NCBI GenBank assembly: GCA_963730935.1
Contig: CAVSTP010000002.1
Span: 928,001-992,000, forward strand
Origin: an uncultured Nitrospiraceae bacterium
Lineage (GTDB): Bacteria; Nitrospirota; Nitrospiria; Nitrospirales; Nitrospiraceae
Length of the DNA: 64,000 nucleotides
Direction of reading: 5' to 3'
Below are positions 22,149 to 32,253 of the stretch, in pieces; position 1 is the first letter of the stretch, and each line of letters starts with the position of its first letter. A model generated the notes under the pieces. The model ran no database searches, was not told where the DNA came from, and saw only the letters and a list, made by a program, of their open reading frames with translations. The translations under genes and the position numbers were made by a program.

Positions 22149-22655
22149 GTGGTCGGATCCAAAATCGTGGTGCAAGATGGCGGCTTTACCATGATTGAAG
22201 GGTTGGTCGCCGGCGGAATTCTCGCGGGAGTATTGCTCGGCATCAGTGGACTGCAAACAATGGTCATGACGCAAAACGTGGATTCGAAAGAGCGCACGGT
22301 CGCGATGAATCTCGGCACCGAGATGATCGAACGTATTCAAAGCAATCGGCAGAAGGTCCTCGAGTACAACAACATCAATACCACGGCTGGCACGCCTTGC
22401 CCCCAAAGTGTCACGACGCAACGGCAGACGTACGGTGATTGCCAGCAGTGGCGGACCATGATGACCAGTTCAAACCTGAATGGCGTGAGAGGGACGGTGG
22501 TGGCGACCCGGATCGATCCTGATCCCACGACGGGTGTACCGACGCTGAATCGCATGAACGTTGTCGTCGTCGTCAGTTGGAACGTGACGGCAAAAAACAG
22601 TTTTTTCGGAACGACCGTGAGCACTACTCTGCAATCCGTCATCGCTCCTGAGTAA
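22149..22655 (+). CDS. pilV: Type IV minor pilin PilV
   Basis: GFTMIEGLV; AMNLGTEMIERIQSN; second gene of the operon. Confidence 0.85.
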   Translation: MVGSKIVVQDGGFTMIEGLVAGGILAGVLLGISGLQTMVMTQNVDSKERTVAMNLGTEMIERIQSNRQKVLEYNNINTTAGTPCPQSVTTQRQTYGDCQQWRTMMTSSNLNGVRGTVVATRIDPDPTTGVPTLNRMNVVVVVSWNVTAKNSFFGTTVSTTLQSVIAPE

Positions 22656-22665
22656 GAAGGAGATT

Positions 22666-23790
22666 GTGACCGTGACGATCGTCTCATCAGCATCAAGTCG
22701 GATCAAGGATGACACAGGGTTCACCATGATCGAGGTGATGGTTGGCGCTGTGTTGTCATTGATCGTTGTCGCAGCTGCGTTGGCGCTGCTCATGGTCAGC
22801 CAAAAGACCACGATCATCAGCGGTCAGGTGGCTGCCACGCAGCAGAATTCACGGTCTGCGATGGAACTGCTGGCTCGTGACCTTCGCTTGGCCAGTTACA
22901 GCTATGTGGGAAACGATCCCGCCGCACCAACCATTGGAACCTGCAGCGTCAGCAGCGGCGCGATGACCATTCCCGTCGGACTTCGGCCCAACGATCGGAA
23001 CCCCGCCGGTGCGGATAACGGCCCGGACGGCATTTCGATGGTCGCGCCGGTGCTCAACGATGTCGTCGCCCCGTGGGTGCTCTCAGGCAATGTTGGAGGG
23101 ACAGGGCCGGGCCCGGTTCCGTTCAACACGGTGCCTCTGTCCGCCGCCGCCGTTGCCGACATGGTTAGTCAAGGCCTGGCAGCGGGCTCGGTGATCTCGA
23201 TCAGCGGAGCCGATGCGAGACTCGTGCAGACCGTGGGTGCAACCTCCCTGACGCTTTCCACCAACTACGAAGCAAAGTTTCCCTCCGGAGCTCCAGTCTA
23301 TTTACTTCAGTGCGTCACCTACGCCATTTCGACGGCGCCGGCGGTCTGTGGCCCTGGCAGCGCGACCTGTCTGACGCGAAACGGAGTCGCGATTGTCGAC
23401 GGCGTCGAAGACATCCAATTCTCGTATGGCTGCGACGGATGTAATCCTAGTGCACCTAATCCTGGGCTGCCTGATGGGATTGTGGACCAACAGAGTGGTG
23501 GGGCGCTTTCGGCCTCCGGCCCTTCGAGCAGCGATTTTGTCACGAACAGTGCCTGGAACGTGTCACCGATGACGCCGGACAAGATCAAGCAAGTGCGTGT
23601 CACCATCGTAGCCAGACAGCTGCAGACGGACGGAGGTTTTGGCGAGGTGAGTGTGAGTGGTGTGAATACAACTGGCCCGGTGATCGTGAGCGATCACAAC
23701 CCGTCCGTAGACGCAGGCTACAACGCCACCACCTATTCGAAATTACGGCGCCGTGTGGTGACCAAAATTATTCAGCCAAGAAACCTGTAG
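22666..23790 (+). CDS. pilW: Type IV minor pilin PilW
   Basis: GFTMIEVMV; QQNSRSAMELLARDLRLA; IVDGVEDIQFSYG; VRVTIVAR; terminal PRNL. Confidence 0.9.
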   Translation: MTVTIVSSASSRIKDDTGFTMIEVMVGAVLSLIVVAAALALLMVSQKTTIISGQVAATQQNSRSAMELLARDLRLASYSYVGNDPAAPTIGTCSVSSGAMTIPVGLRPNDRNPAGADNGPDGISMVAPVLNDVVAPWVLSGNVGGTGPGPVPFNTVPLSAAAVADMVSQGLAAGSVISISGADARLVQTVGATSLTLSTNYEAKFPSGAPVYLLQCVTYAISTAPAVCGPGSATCLTRNGVAIVDGVEDIQFSYGCDGCNPSAPNPGLPDGIVDQQSGGALSASGPSSSDFVTNSAWNVSPMTPDKIKQVRVTIVARQLQTDGGFGEVSVSGVNTTGPVIVSDHNPSVDAGYNATTYSKLRRRVVTKIIQPRNL

Positions 23791-23795
23791 TCGCG

Positions 23796-24422
23796 ATGAA
23801 CATTGAAGCCAAGGATGCAAGCATGATCAGTGAGCGGGAAGGAAATCAGCGCGGTGTGGCATTGCTGACGGTCATGATCATCGCGCTGATCATGACCATT
23901 TTAGGAATCGCGGCGATCACCGTCTCAGGATTGGAAACACGGATGTCCGGCTTCGTTCGCACCAAAGAAGTGGTATCGACTGCGGCTGAGTCCTGTGAAG
24001 GCACCGCAGTCAACATCATCCAGCAGACGCTGTATTACGGCCTTATTCAGCCGGCATTTCTCGATAACGCGGTGCCGCCAGGACCGATTCCTGCCTCGAA
24101 TAGCGCCACGGTGTTCAGTGAGATCTCCGGGCAGCCGCTGCCGTCTCCTCCGGCTCCTGTCAATACGATCGCGGAGAATTATAACGATAGCGCGACCACG
24201 GCGCCCAATCTGCAGCTCACGAACATTCCGGGGTATACGGTCCGAGGAGATATCGACCGGATGTATAAGCATTTAAAAGAAGGTCAGGGCGATCTCAAGG
24301 AAATCGTGTACCGTATTACCTGCGTGGCGACGAATGTCGCAACGGGTTCGGCGAGCACCATCACATCTGTATACAAATGCACCGTGGGTGACACGTGCAT
24401 GAAACAGATCGGGAGTTCGTAG
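23796..24422 (+). CDS. pilX: Type IV minor pilin PilX
   Basis: NQRGVALLTVMII (no Glu5, as in PilX/GspK); AAES motif; YRIT..A. Confidence 0.87.
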   Translation: MNIEAKDASMISEREGNQRGVALLTVMIIALIMTILGIAAITVSGLETRMSGFVRTKEVVSTAAESCEGTAVNIIQQTLYYGLIQPAFLDNAVPPGPIPASNSATVFSEISGQPLPSPPAPVNTIAENYNDSATTAPNLQLTNIPGYTVRGDIDRMYKHLKEGQGDLKEIVYRITCVATNVATGSASTITSVYKCTVGDTCMKQIGSS

Positions 24423-24433
24423 AAGGAGGCGTC

Positions 24434-24757
24434 ATGAGAACGGCTCGACAGGCCTTTATCGCATGCATGACCGCGATCTTTTTCACGATGATTGGCGCGA
24501 CGGTCGATGTCCGAGACCTTGGTGCGGAGATCTCGCCGGCCATGTTGGCCACGTTCAAAGCAGGCACGGTGACAAGCGTTGGCTCCACATCGATCGGGAT
24601 CAGCGGGGTCGAATACCGCATCAAGATGAATGCAGAAATTCTCGATCACAAGGGATCGGAGATGAAACTCACGGAAGTGCATGTGCGATCAGACGCCAGG
24701 TTTCATCTCACTAAAGACAGCGAAATCGACATGATGGTGGTCAGGAGGCCCCAGTAG
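24434..24757 (+). CDS. Small secreted hypothetical protein inside the pilin operon
   Basis: AAGGAGG RBS; signal peptide; beta-rich GTVTSV..I.ISG.EY.I pattern. Confidence 0.7.
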   Translation: MRTARQAFIACMTAIFFTMIGATVDVRDLGAEISPAMLATFKAGTVTSVGSTSIGISGVEYRIKMNAEILDHKGSEMKLTEVHVRSDARFHLTKDSEIDMMVVRRPQ

Positions 24758-24840
24758 TGGGGAGCAAAGAGGGGATCTTGGCCATGACGTCACAAACAGA
24801 CAACGACAAGCATGTGTCGACGAATCGGGGAGGGTGCAAC

Positions 24841-27800
24841 ATGAAACAATTACGTTCAGCCCTTGCCATCATGACGCTTGCGATACTTGGAGCATCGATG
24901 AATCCTAGCGCCGCCAGGGCGCAAGTCAATGCAGACTATACGTCCACGCCGCCGTTCATCAACGAAGTGGCGGTCCCAAACATTCTCATTGTCATGGATA
25001 ACTCCGGAAGTATGGAGAACAGGGCTTGCGAGTCCACGAGCTGCGGGATTCTGCCGAGCGGAGCTACTTCCACGGTTACGACCTTCGACGCCACGACCAG
25101 GTATAACGGCTTCGCCGATCCCCTCCGCTGCTACGTCTGGGATGGTACGGACAAACGGTTCGAGAACGGCACGGCGAAGGCAGCGCTTAACACCACGTGT
25201 GGAATTACTGAATGGGACGGAAACTTCGTCAATTGGGCGACGTTCCGGCGGTTCGATGCGGTGAAAAAGGCGATGACGGGCGGCAATTGTTGGCACCCGA
25301 CCGCTTCACCCGTCCGCAATACGGATGGAACCTGTAAGCCGTCCGGGACGCCCTCGCTGCCGACGGTCAAGGTGCAGAATACTGGAACGAACACCGAAAC
25401 CACGCCGGCCATTCCATACAGCGGAGGCACAGGCAATTTGACCTATAAGGGGCGGATTCCGACGTCTGCTCATCCTGGGAACCCCGCGAATCTCTATGTG
25501 CAAATTCAGAGCACCGGCGATTTGTGCATCGACGACGACAACAGCGGCGGCTGTCCGGATAGCGGCGGCTTCGCCGAGACCATAATTACGGGGATCGCCT
25601 TTGCCATGTACAGCGAGCCGACGGGAGTCATCCAACAGGTGGGCGCAAAGGCTCGATTCGGGCTGGCCGTCTTTAACGGCGGATCCAGCGATGACGGTAT
25701 GAAGGTCTTGACACCGATCGGTTCTCCACAGTCGATCGATTTCTCGGGAACGACCGTCGAGACCTTTAACACCAATACGGCGGCCATGATCGACTCGGTC
25801 GACGAGGCCTTTCCCGACACCTGGACGCCGCTCGCCGAGACGCTCTACGATTCCGTGCGCTATATCGCGCAAATCAATTCTGCCTACTATCCGACTTCGT
25901 ACGTCTATCCGATCGCGTTTTCTGACACTCGCTCGAAGGGAGTGGCTTATAAAGCGACCGGTATCGGATCGTTAGGGGGATCAGAAGACACGGCCTTGAC
26001 GGGTTCAGAGACTTGCCCGGCAGGCTACATCACCAGCGCCTGCGGCAGGGATCCCTATTTCTTCGGCAGCCACCATACACCGGCCTGGGCATCTACGTCA
26101 CAGGTCGTCAATTGCTGCAAGACTTTCATCGTGATTTTCACCGACGGGGAACCGACGCAGGACCAAAACATTCCCGCGTCGCTCCAAGACCTTGCCCACG
26201 CGTACCACGGCGTGCATTGCACCGGCAGCGACGGCGCGGCGCCTCCTCGGCCCATTAATAGTACATGCAATACCAATGCAGCCACGCCTTTCAATGAACT
26301 TCTGGGCGAGCACAAGACTGATTATGCGGACAACGGCAGCGGGTATCTGGACTCCGTCGCCTATTGGGCGCACACGAACGATATGCGTCCCTGCAGCGGG
26401 ACTTCCGATGCCGCCATTGCCGTGATCGGGACGACGGGCCACTGTCTTCCGGGCACCCAAAACGTCTCCGTCTATACGTTTTTCGCGTTCGGCAACATCA
26501 ATGGTCGGGGCATTCTGTCGCAGACGGCAAAAGTAGGGGCCTTTGACGACAGCAACGGCGATGGAATCCCGCAAACGGGAGAATGGGATAAGGAAAACAA
26601 TTATACCGGGTGCCGCGACGCCTGACGGCATTCCAGACGCCTATTTCGAGTCATCCAACGTTGACGATCTCCAAGACAAGCTGATGGCGACGATCTCCAG
26701 CATCATCCGGAGAAGCTCGTCCGGTGCCGCGGTTTCGGTGTTGGCGACCTCGAGCACCGGCGAAGGCGCTCTCTATCAAGCGTACTTCTACCCGAGCACG
26801 CTCGAGGAGGATACCAACAACGACGTCAAATGGATCGGATACACGCAGAGCTTATTTGTCGATACGTTCGGAAACATGCGTGAGGATACGATCCAGGACG
26901 GCAGGCAGGATTACACCAAGGATCTCATTATCAAGACGCGTCTTGGTGCTGGGAACATCGTCCTCGTCGATAAGTATCAGGATACTGATGGCAATGGTAT
27001 TGCGGATACCCCTGGCACTTGCTACGAGTGCAGCAAGCTCCTGAGCGACATCAAGCCAATCTGGGAAGCCGGGAAGCAACTGGCCGCGAAAAGTGCCAGT
27101 AGAGGACGATACTGACCTGGGTGGATAGCAACCACAATGGGATCGGCGATACCGGTGAGCAGATGGACTTTTCGACGGCCAATGCAGGGACGTTCGGACC
27201 CTATCTGCGTGCCGGAGCGGCTCCATACACCGCGAATGCGATCATTAACTTCGTTCGCGGCTGCGAGGTCTCGACCTGCGCTGATCAGACCGGTCTCCGC
27301 GACCGGAAGCTGCAAGTGCCGCCTGGTAGCCACACCCTCAAGCTCTGGAAGCTGGGAGACGTGATCGATGCGCCTCCGACGGTCGTGGCGGCGCCACGAG
27401 ATCGCTACGACATCATCGAGGGAGACCCGAGTTACACCGCGTTTTTTACCAAGTACCGCACACGTCGGCAAATGGTCTACGTCGGCGCCAATGATGGAAT
27501 GCTCCACGCGTTCAACGGCGGATACTACCATCCCGGCGACGATACGAGCGCGAGCGCGCCCGCGGGGGTGGTCGAGCACGGGTGGTTCACGACGAACCCC
27601 ACCGATAACAGCTCGCGGTGCTCCGCTCGGTGACGAGATGTGGGGCTTTGTTCCGTATGAACTGCTGCCGTATTTGCAGTGGCTGACCAGGCAGGATTAC
27701 CAGCACGTGTACTACGTCGATTTGCCGCCCGTGGTCAAAGACGTGCGGATCTTTACACCCGATGCCGACCATCCGAATGGATGGGGCACAGTGTTGATCG

Positions 27801-29186
27801 GTGGATTTCGTCTGGGAGGAAGCTGCAACGCCTGCACGGCGGCGGGCGGGGCTCCAAAGATGACGGTCAACATCAGCGGGACCAATTATGACTTCTACAG
27901 CGCGTATTTTGCGTTGGATATTACCAATCCGGAGGTCCAGCCGAAGCTGCTGTGGTCCTTCTCAAGAAGCGATCTCGGATTGACGACGAGTGTGCCCACG
28001 GTAGTCCGCGTGAATCCCGGCGGCCGATTCCATACCGATAAGACCATGGCCAAATGGTTCATGGTCGTCGGCTCAGGACCGACCGGCTACGATGGCAGAG
28101 CGGGCCAAATATCGAAGGTCTTCGTCGTCAACATGGCCACAGGCCCAACCACGGTGAAAAACGATTATTGTCGGGAACGGAACCGTCAATGGCGTTGTCG
28201 GCGACATGAAATCGTTGGATCGAGACCTCGACTACCGGACCGACGTCGTGTATTTCGGGCGAGCGATGAACAATACCTCGCCCTGGCACGGAAAGATTTA
28301 CAGGCTGACCCTGGGCTCGGCGCTTCCGTTCGGCGGAGCGACAGATCCGGACACGTGGGGCGTTGCAGGGACAGGTGCAGCAGCCCCTAACCGACAGGCA
28401 ACAGAAATACTCGACACTTTTGGCAGCCCGTTAACTGAGCTGGGCCCGGTGGTAGCGGCCCCAGCCACAGCCGTCGATGATACGTCCAAGGTATGGGTCT
28501 TCTCTGGAACTGGACGATATTATGCCGCCGCCGACAAGACGGACATGTCAACGCAATATGTGGTCGGAGTGAAGGATACGGTCATCAACGGCGCCTGCGC
28601 TCAATCGAGTACCACCAACTGTTGGGCCAATAATCTCTTGGATGTGACCGCTGCGACGATTTGCGTCGTGGGCGTGGGAAACTGCGGACAGACGTCGGGA
28701 ACAAACCAGGTGAGCGGCATCTCCGGCGTCACGACGATGGCCCAGCTCATTTCGCTCGTGGGGACGAAGGACGGATGGGTGACCAAACTCCTTCCGGCCT
28801 CAGGGCCGGGAGTCGGGGAACGAGTCTTGAGCGCGCCAACGGTCTTCGGCGGCGTCGTCTTCTTCCCGTCGTTCACGCCGACGAATGACATCTGCGCGTC
28901 CACGGGTACGAGCAGTCTCTACGCGCTCTTCTACAAGACCGGAGGCCCATACTCTGAGCCGATCATCGGGACAACGGCCGGGGCAGGTGGAGTCGCAAAC
29001 GTGAACAAGTCGACTTCGCTGGGATCCGGCATGGCGTTCGGAGCGGTTCCTTATGTCGGTTCCGGTGCGGACGGAACGAGTCCGTACAAGTTGTTCATCA
29101 ACACCAGCAGCGGCTCGTTGAGCCCACAGGAAGTCAATCTGGCTATTGATCCACGAGCACACTTCGCATCATGGATCAACATGTAA
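24841..29186 (+). CDS. pilY1: PilY1/PilC-family pilus tip adhesin (four frameshifts, near 26610, 27105, 27615 and 28160)
   Basis: PNILIVMDNSGSM and FTDGEP (vWA-like), LGDVIDAPP, VYVGANDGMLHAFN, YYVD.PP, ALDITNP..PKLLW, GERVLSAP, DxDxDG-type motifs, spread over five ORFs. Confidence 0.92.
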
Positions 29187-30205
29187 TCAGATCGCCGCTG
29201 TTGGATCCCACGGATGGGGCAGAGAAGAGTCTCTTCTCTGCCCTCCGTCTCTTCTCAACGGTTTTCTTGCTCGCGCTCATATCGAGCACTCTTTCTCCTG
29301 GATGCTCACGTGAGCGGCCTGCCAACCCGTCAGCTTCTTCTCAGCCTTCAGGCGCCTTGTCTCCGCTTTCGATCATCCGGAGCGCGGCCGTGGTGCCAGA
29401 CCCGGTGTTGCGGGATTCGCCGATCGAGGTTGACATTGATGTCGATGAGGGCCGAGGCGAGGTATTGACGTACGAGTACCAGTGGTTCCTCAACCGTGTG
29501 GCCGTGCATGGGGCCACCACCGACGCATTTGACCCCGCGAACCTTCGGCGCGGCGACGTCATCCACGTCGAGATCATCGGTACCGATGAAAAGGGAGCAC
29601 GAGCGTCATATCGAACTCCAGCGGTGACGGTTGTGAACACCCCGCCTGTCATCAAGAACGTCGTGATCGAACACGACCTTCCTCACCGTCGGCTGGTGGC
29701 TAAGGTGCAGGCATCAGACGCGGACCAGGATGACATCCATTTTGTGTTTCGATGGTTACGAAATGACAAGATAGTATCGGAAGGACCGAAAGAGATATTC
29801 GAGGCGGCCAGTGTAGCCGAGAACGAGGTTGTGACCGTGGAAGTGATCCCGTACGATGGAGACGGCGCAGGCGAACCGGTGCGGGCGGCCCCCCTGGCTG
29901 GTAGCAACAATGCTCCGAATATTGTCAGTCATCCGAACGTGATGGCGAATGCGGAACTGTACGAATATGCCGTCGAAGCAAAAGATCCTGAGGGGGGCGC
30001 AGTCGTCTTTGAACTCGAAACAGGTCCGGCCGGGATGGTCATTGATAAGGCATCAGGTCGCGTGGTGTGGAAGGTGCCGCCTTCACTCAAAGGCACCCAT
30101 CACGTAAAGATTGTGGCCGCCGATGCGCAAGGTGCAAGGAGTTGGCAGGAATTTGATTTATCCATCCCCGCCTCACCGGGCAGAGAAGTAACACCCACCA
30201 GCTAG
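29171..30205 (+). CDS. Ig-like (putative Ig/cadherin-like) repeat protein, probable lipoprotein; start uncertain
   Basis: Hydrophobic stretch ending SPGC; Y.YQW, NTPPVI, ASDADQD, NNAPNI, AKDPEG, PAGMVID..SG.V.W. Confidence 0.78.
   Translation: MDQHVIRSPLLDPTDGAEKSLFSALRLFSTVFLLALISSTLSPGCSRERPANPSASSQPSGALSPLSIIRSAAVVPDPVLRDSPIEVDIDVDEGRGEVLTYEYQWFLNRVAVHGATTDAFDPANLRRGDVIHVEIIGTDEKGARASYRTPAVTVVNTPPVIKNVVIEHDLPHRRLVAKVQASDADQDDIHFVFRWLRNDKIVSEGPKEIFEAASVAENEVVTVEVIPYDGDGAGEPVRAAPLAGSNNAPNIVSHPNVMANAELYEYAVEAKDPEGGAVVFELETGPAGMVIDKASGRVVWKVPPSLKGTHHVKIVAADAQGARSWQEFDLSIPASPGREVTPTS
29217..29243. terminator. Perfect inverted repeat just after pilY1
   Basis: gggcagagaagag-t-ctcttctctgccc. Confidence 0.5.
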
Positions 30206-30257
30206 CGTCACGTAGTCGCCGCTTAAAAACGATCCTATCTCGCGGTTCAACTTTGTC

Positions 30258-31895
30258 TTAGTCCAGCTTGAGGGCTGGGCTTGGCACGGAGGACTCGCTG
30301 TCCACCGGTGGCTCGGCGGGTGGGAGGATGGGAGCACGCCGTTGAAGTTTTTCAAGCGTTTCCTGCTTGAGCTTTGTGGGCTCTTCGATGCGGTTCTCGC
30401 GCTGAAGCGCATTGAGTTCGGCAGCTTTCCGTGCGTTCAGCTCCACCATGTCCACTTCATCCCTCACAAGAGAGGGGGTCAAGAACACGAGCAGGTTAAG
30501 CTTCTCTTGCTGCCGGCTTTGGAACCGGAAGAGCCATCCCAACAGTGGAATATCGCCTAAAAACGGAATCTTGCTCTCGCTGATGGTCAAATTATCGCGG
30601 ACGAGGCCGCCGACGACGAGGGTTTGGCCATCCCTGGCAATGGTGGTCGTTTCCATGGAGCGTTTGGTTGTCGTTGGTCCAACGGGAACGGTTGCATTGC
30701 CGGTGCCGATCGTCTGGGCCACAGCTTCCGCAATGGCCGTGATCTCCTGCTTGATTTCGAGGCGAATCAGATCGTTCTCGAGGACCTGCGGAGTCAACTC
30801 CAGGGTGACGCCGACGTCTTTCCGTTCGATGGTGACGAGCGTACCGCCCGTGATACCTTGCGCCTGGCCGGTCGGAAACGGCCGGTTTTCTCCCACCACA
30901 ATCTTCGCCTTCTGATTGTCGGCTGCCAACACATGCGGTGTGGACAAAACGTTCGTGTCGGTCAAGTTCAGAAGGAGATGTAAAAACGCACGGATATTGA
31001 CGGTGTTGAGCAACGGAATCGTTCCGCCGCTCGAGGCGCCCGCGGCGATGCCGAGGATGGTCTGAGCCACAGTGGAAATGTCTTCCGGCGCACGATTAAA
31101 GCCGTAAATTCCTTGGGCGTCCCCGTTTTTTGCCGCCCCAAGTACTTGAACAGGATCCGTTCCAATTTGCCTGAGTCTGTCGACTTGGACTTCCAAAATC
31201 ACCGCCTCGACGAAGACTTGCTTCCGCCGGCTATCGAGATCCCTGATGACCGAGGCCAGCCTGCTATAGGCCATCTTAGTCGAGCTGATAATGATGGAGT
31301 TGGTCGCCTTATCGGCGAATACCTGAACCGGTGCCTCGAACTCCGTGAGCGGCCTGATCGGGGGTCGGACGCCAGGGGTCACCTGTGACACGGTCTGTGA
31401 TCTGGCGACCAAGTTCGTCAAGACCGCCGCCAAGTCGGTAGCGTTGGCGTGCTTCAGTTTATAGACGAACACGCCGCGCTCGGGCGGAAGCTCACCCATC
31501 GGGACGATCTGATACACAGGACCCCTGGGGACGACCGCCAGCCGACTCACTTCAAGCGCAGAGACGAAAAGATGATACGCCTGATCCGGCGTCACCTTCG
31601 TTGGAGAAAATACCGAGATCTTCCCGCCAGCTTTTTTAACGGTATCGTCCAACACGAAATTCTTGCCCGTCAGCTCGCTGATAAAACGAACGAAGACGGA
31701 AAGATCGACCTCGTTGAAATCTAAAGCGACCCGCCCGCCGCTATTCGGTTGGGAAAACGCAGGAGAATGGAGCAGCATTCCGGCGACCGCAGCGATCAGA
31801 CACGTCCGAAGGACCCAGATTTTTCCTAGTTGCCGGCGCCTGGGAAGGACCCGCTTGAGGCCAGCCAGGAGGCCGGCAGACGGAAGGTGTGTCAT
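30258..31895 (-). CDS. gspD: GspD-like secretin with only N0 and one N3-type domain
   Basis: LDF..VDL..F..FISELTGKNFV (N0), VYKLKHANA..ADKATNSIII (N3), QVFVEAVILEV, NVLSTP, KDVGVTLELTPQ, KIPFLGDIPLLGWLF. Confidence 0.9.
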   Translation of the reverse strand: MTHLPSAGLLAGLKRVLPRRRQLGKIWVLRTCLIAAVAGMLLHSPAFSQPNSGGRVALDFNEVDLSVFVRFISELTGKNFVLDDTVKKAGGKISVFSPTKVTPDQAYHLFVSALEVSRLAVVPRGPVYQIVPMGELPPERGVFVYKLKHANATDLAAVLTNLVARSQTVSQVTPGVRPPIRPLTEFEAPVQVFADKATNSIIISSTKMAYSRLASVIRDLDSRRKQVFVEAVILEVQVDRLRQIGTDPVQVLGAAKNGDAQGIYGFNRAPEDISTVAQTILGIAAGASSGGTIPLLNTVNIRAFLHLLLNLTDTNVLSTPHVLAADNQKAKIVVGENRPFPTGQAQGITGGTLVTIERKDVGVTLELTPQVLENDLIRLEIKQEITAIAEAVAQTIGTGNATVPVGPTTTKRSMETTTIARDGQTLVVGGLVRDNLTISESKIPFLGDIPLLGWLFRFQSRQQEKLNLLVFLTPSLVRDEVDMVELNARKAAELNALQRENRIEEPTKLKQETLEKLQRRAPILPPAEPPVDSESSVPSPALKLD

Positions 31896-31983
31896 CCGTT
31901 CAGACCCGGTAGTGGGTGGAGCCAAACCATGGGGGAAACCGTACCACAAGCCTCCACAATGACACAACCAAAAGGGGGTTCCG

Positions 31984-31999
31984 GGCAGTTATGGTGCCG
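31984..31999 (-). promoter_or_regulatory. Putative sigma54 promoter of the secretin gene
   Basis: Minus strand CGGCACCATAACTGCC. Confidence 0.5.
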
Positions 32000-32119
32000 G
32001 GCGTTGCCCATTCTCGGTAATGCTGTGCATTTTTGATGTTGCGTCGCAAATGCTGAAAGTCTCGCTCGCTCTAACCGGTGATAAACAAAGAGAAAGAACA
32101 GAAACAATATGGGTCATGA

Positions 32120-32135
32120 TGGCATCAGGATTGCA
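32120..32135 (+). promoter_or_regulatory. Putative sigma54 promoter of the large TPR protein gene
   Basis: TGGCATCAGGATTGCA. Confidence 0.65.
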
Positions 32136-32253
32136 CATCTGGTCGCAGTTTCCCCCACGCGACATATTTGCGTCGGTTGGCGCCGAAGATGGAATCGGGC
32201 TGAAACCAGCCATTAGAGCCGGTTTGTGCCCATTGATCTGCTAAGGTTAGAAC

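Noticed and set aside
24841..29186. pilY1 as a true pseudogene or programmed-frameshift gene
   Set aside because: The breaks are single-base, partly in short homopolymers, with no stops or obvious slippery-site structure, and the same pattern occurs in unrelated genes.
30258..31895. Filamentous prophage, suggested by the pIV-like secretin architecture
   Set aside because: No Zot/pI ATPase, replication, coat or integrase genes nearby, and the N0 sequence is GspD-like.
31900..32250. c-di-GMP riboswitch upstream of the secretin or pilin genes
   Set aside because: I could not find the GEMM consensus elements here or at 21200-21670; sigma54-like elements explain the regions better.
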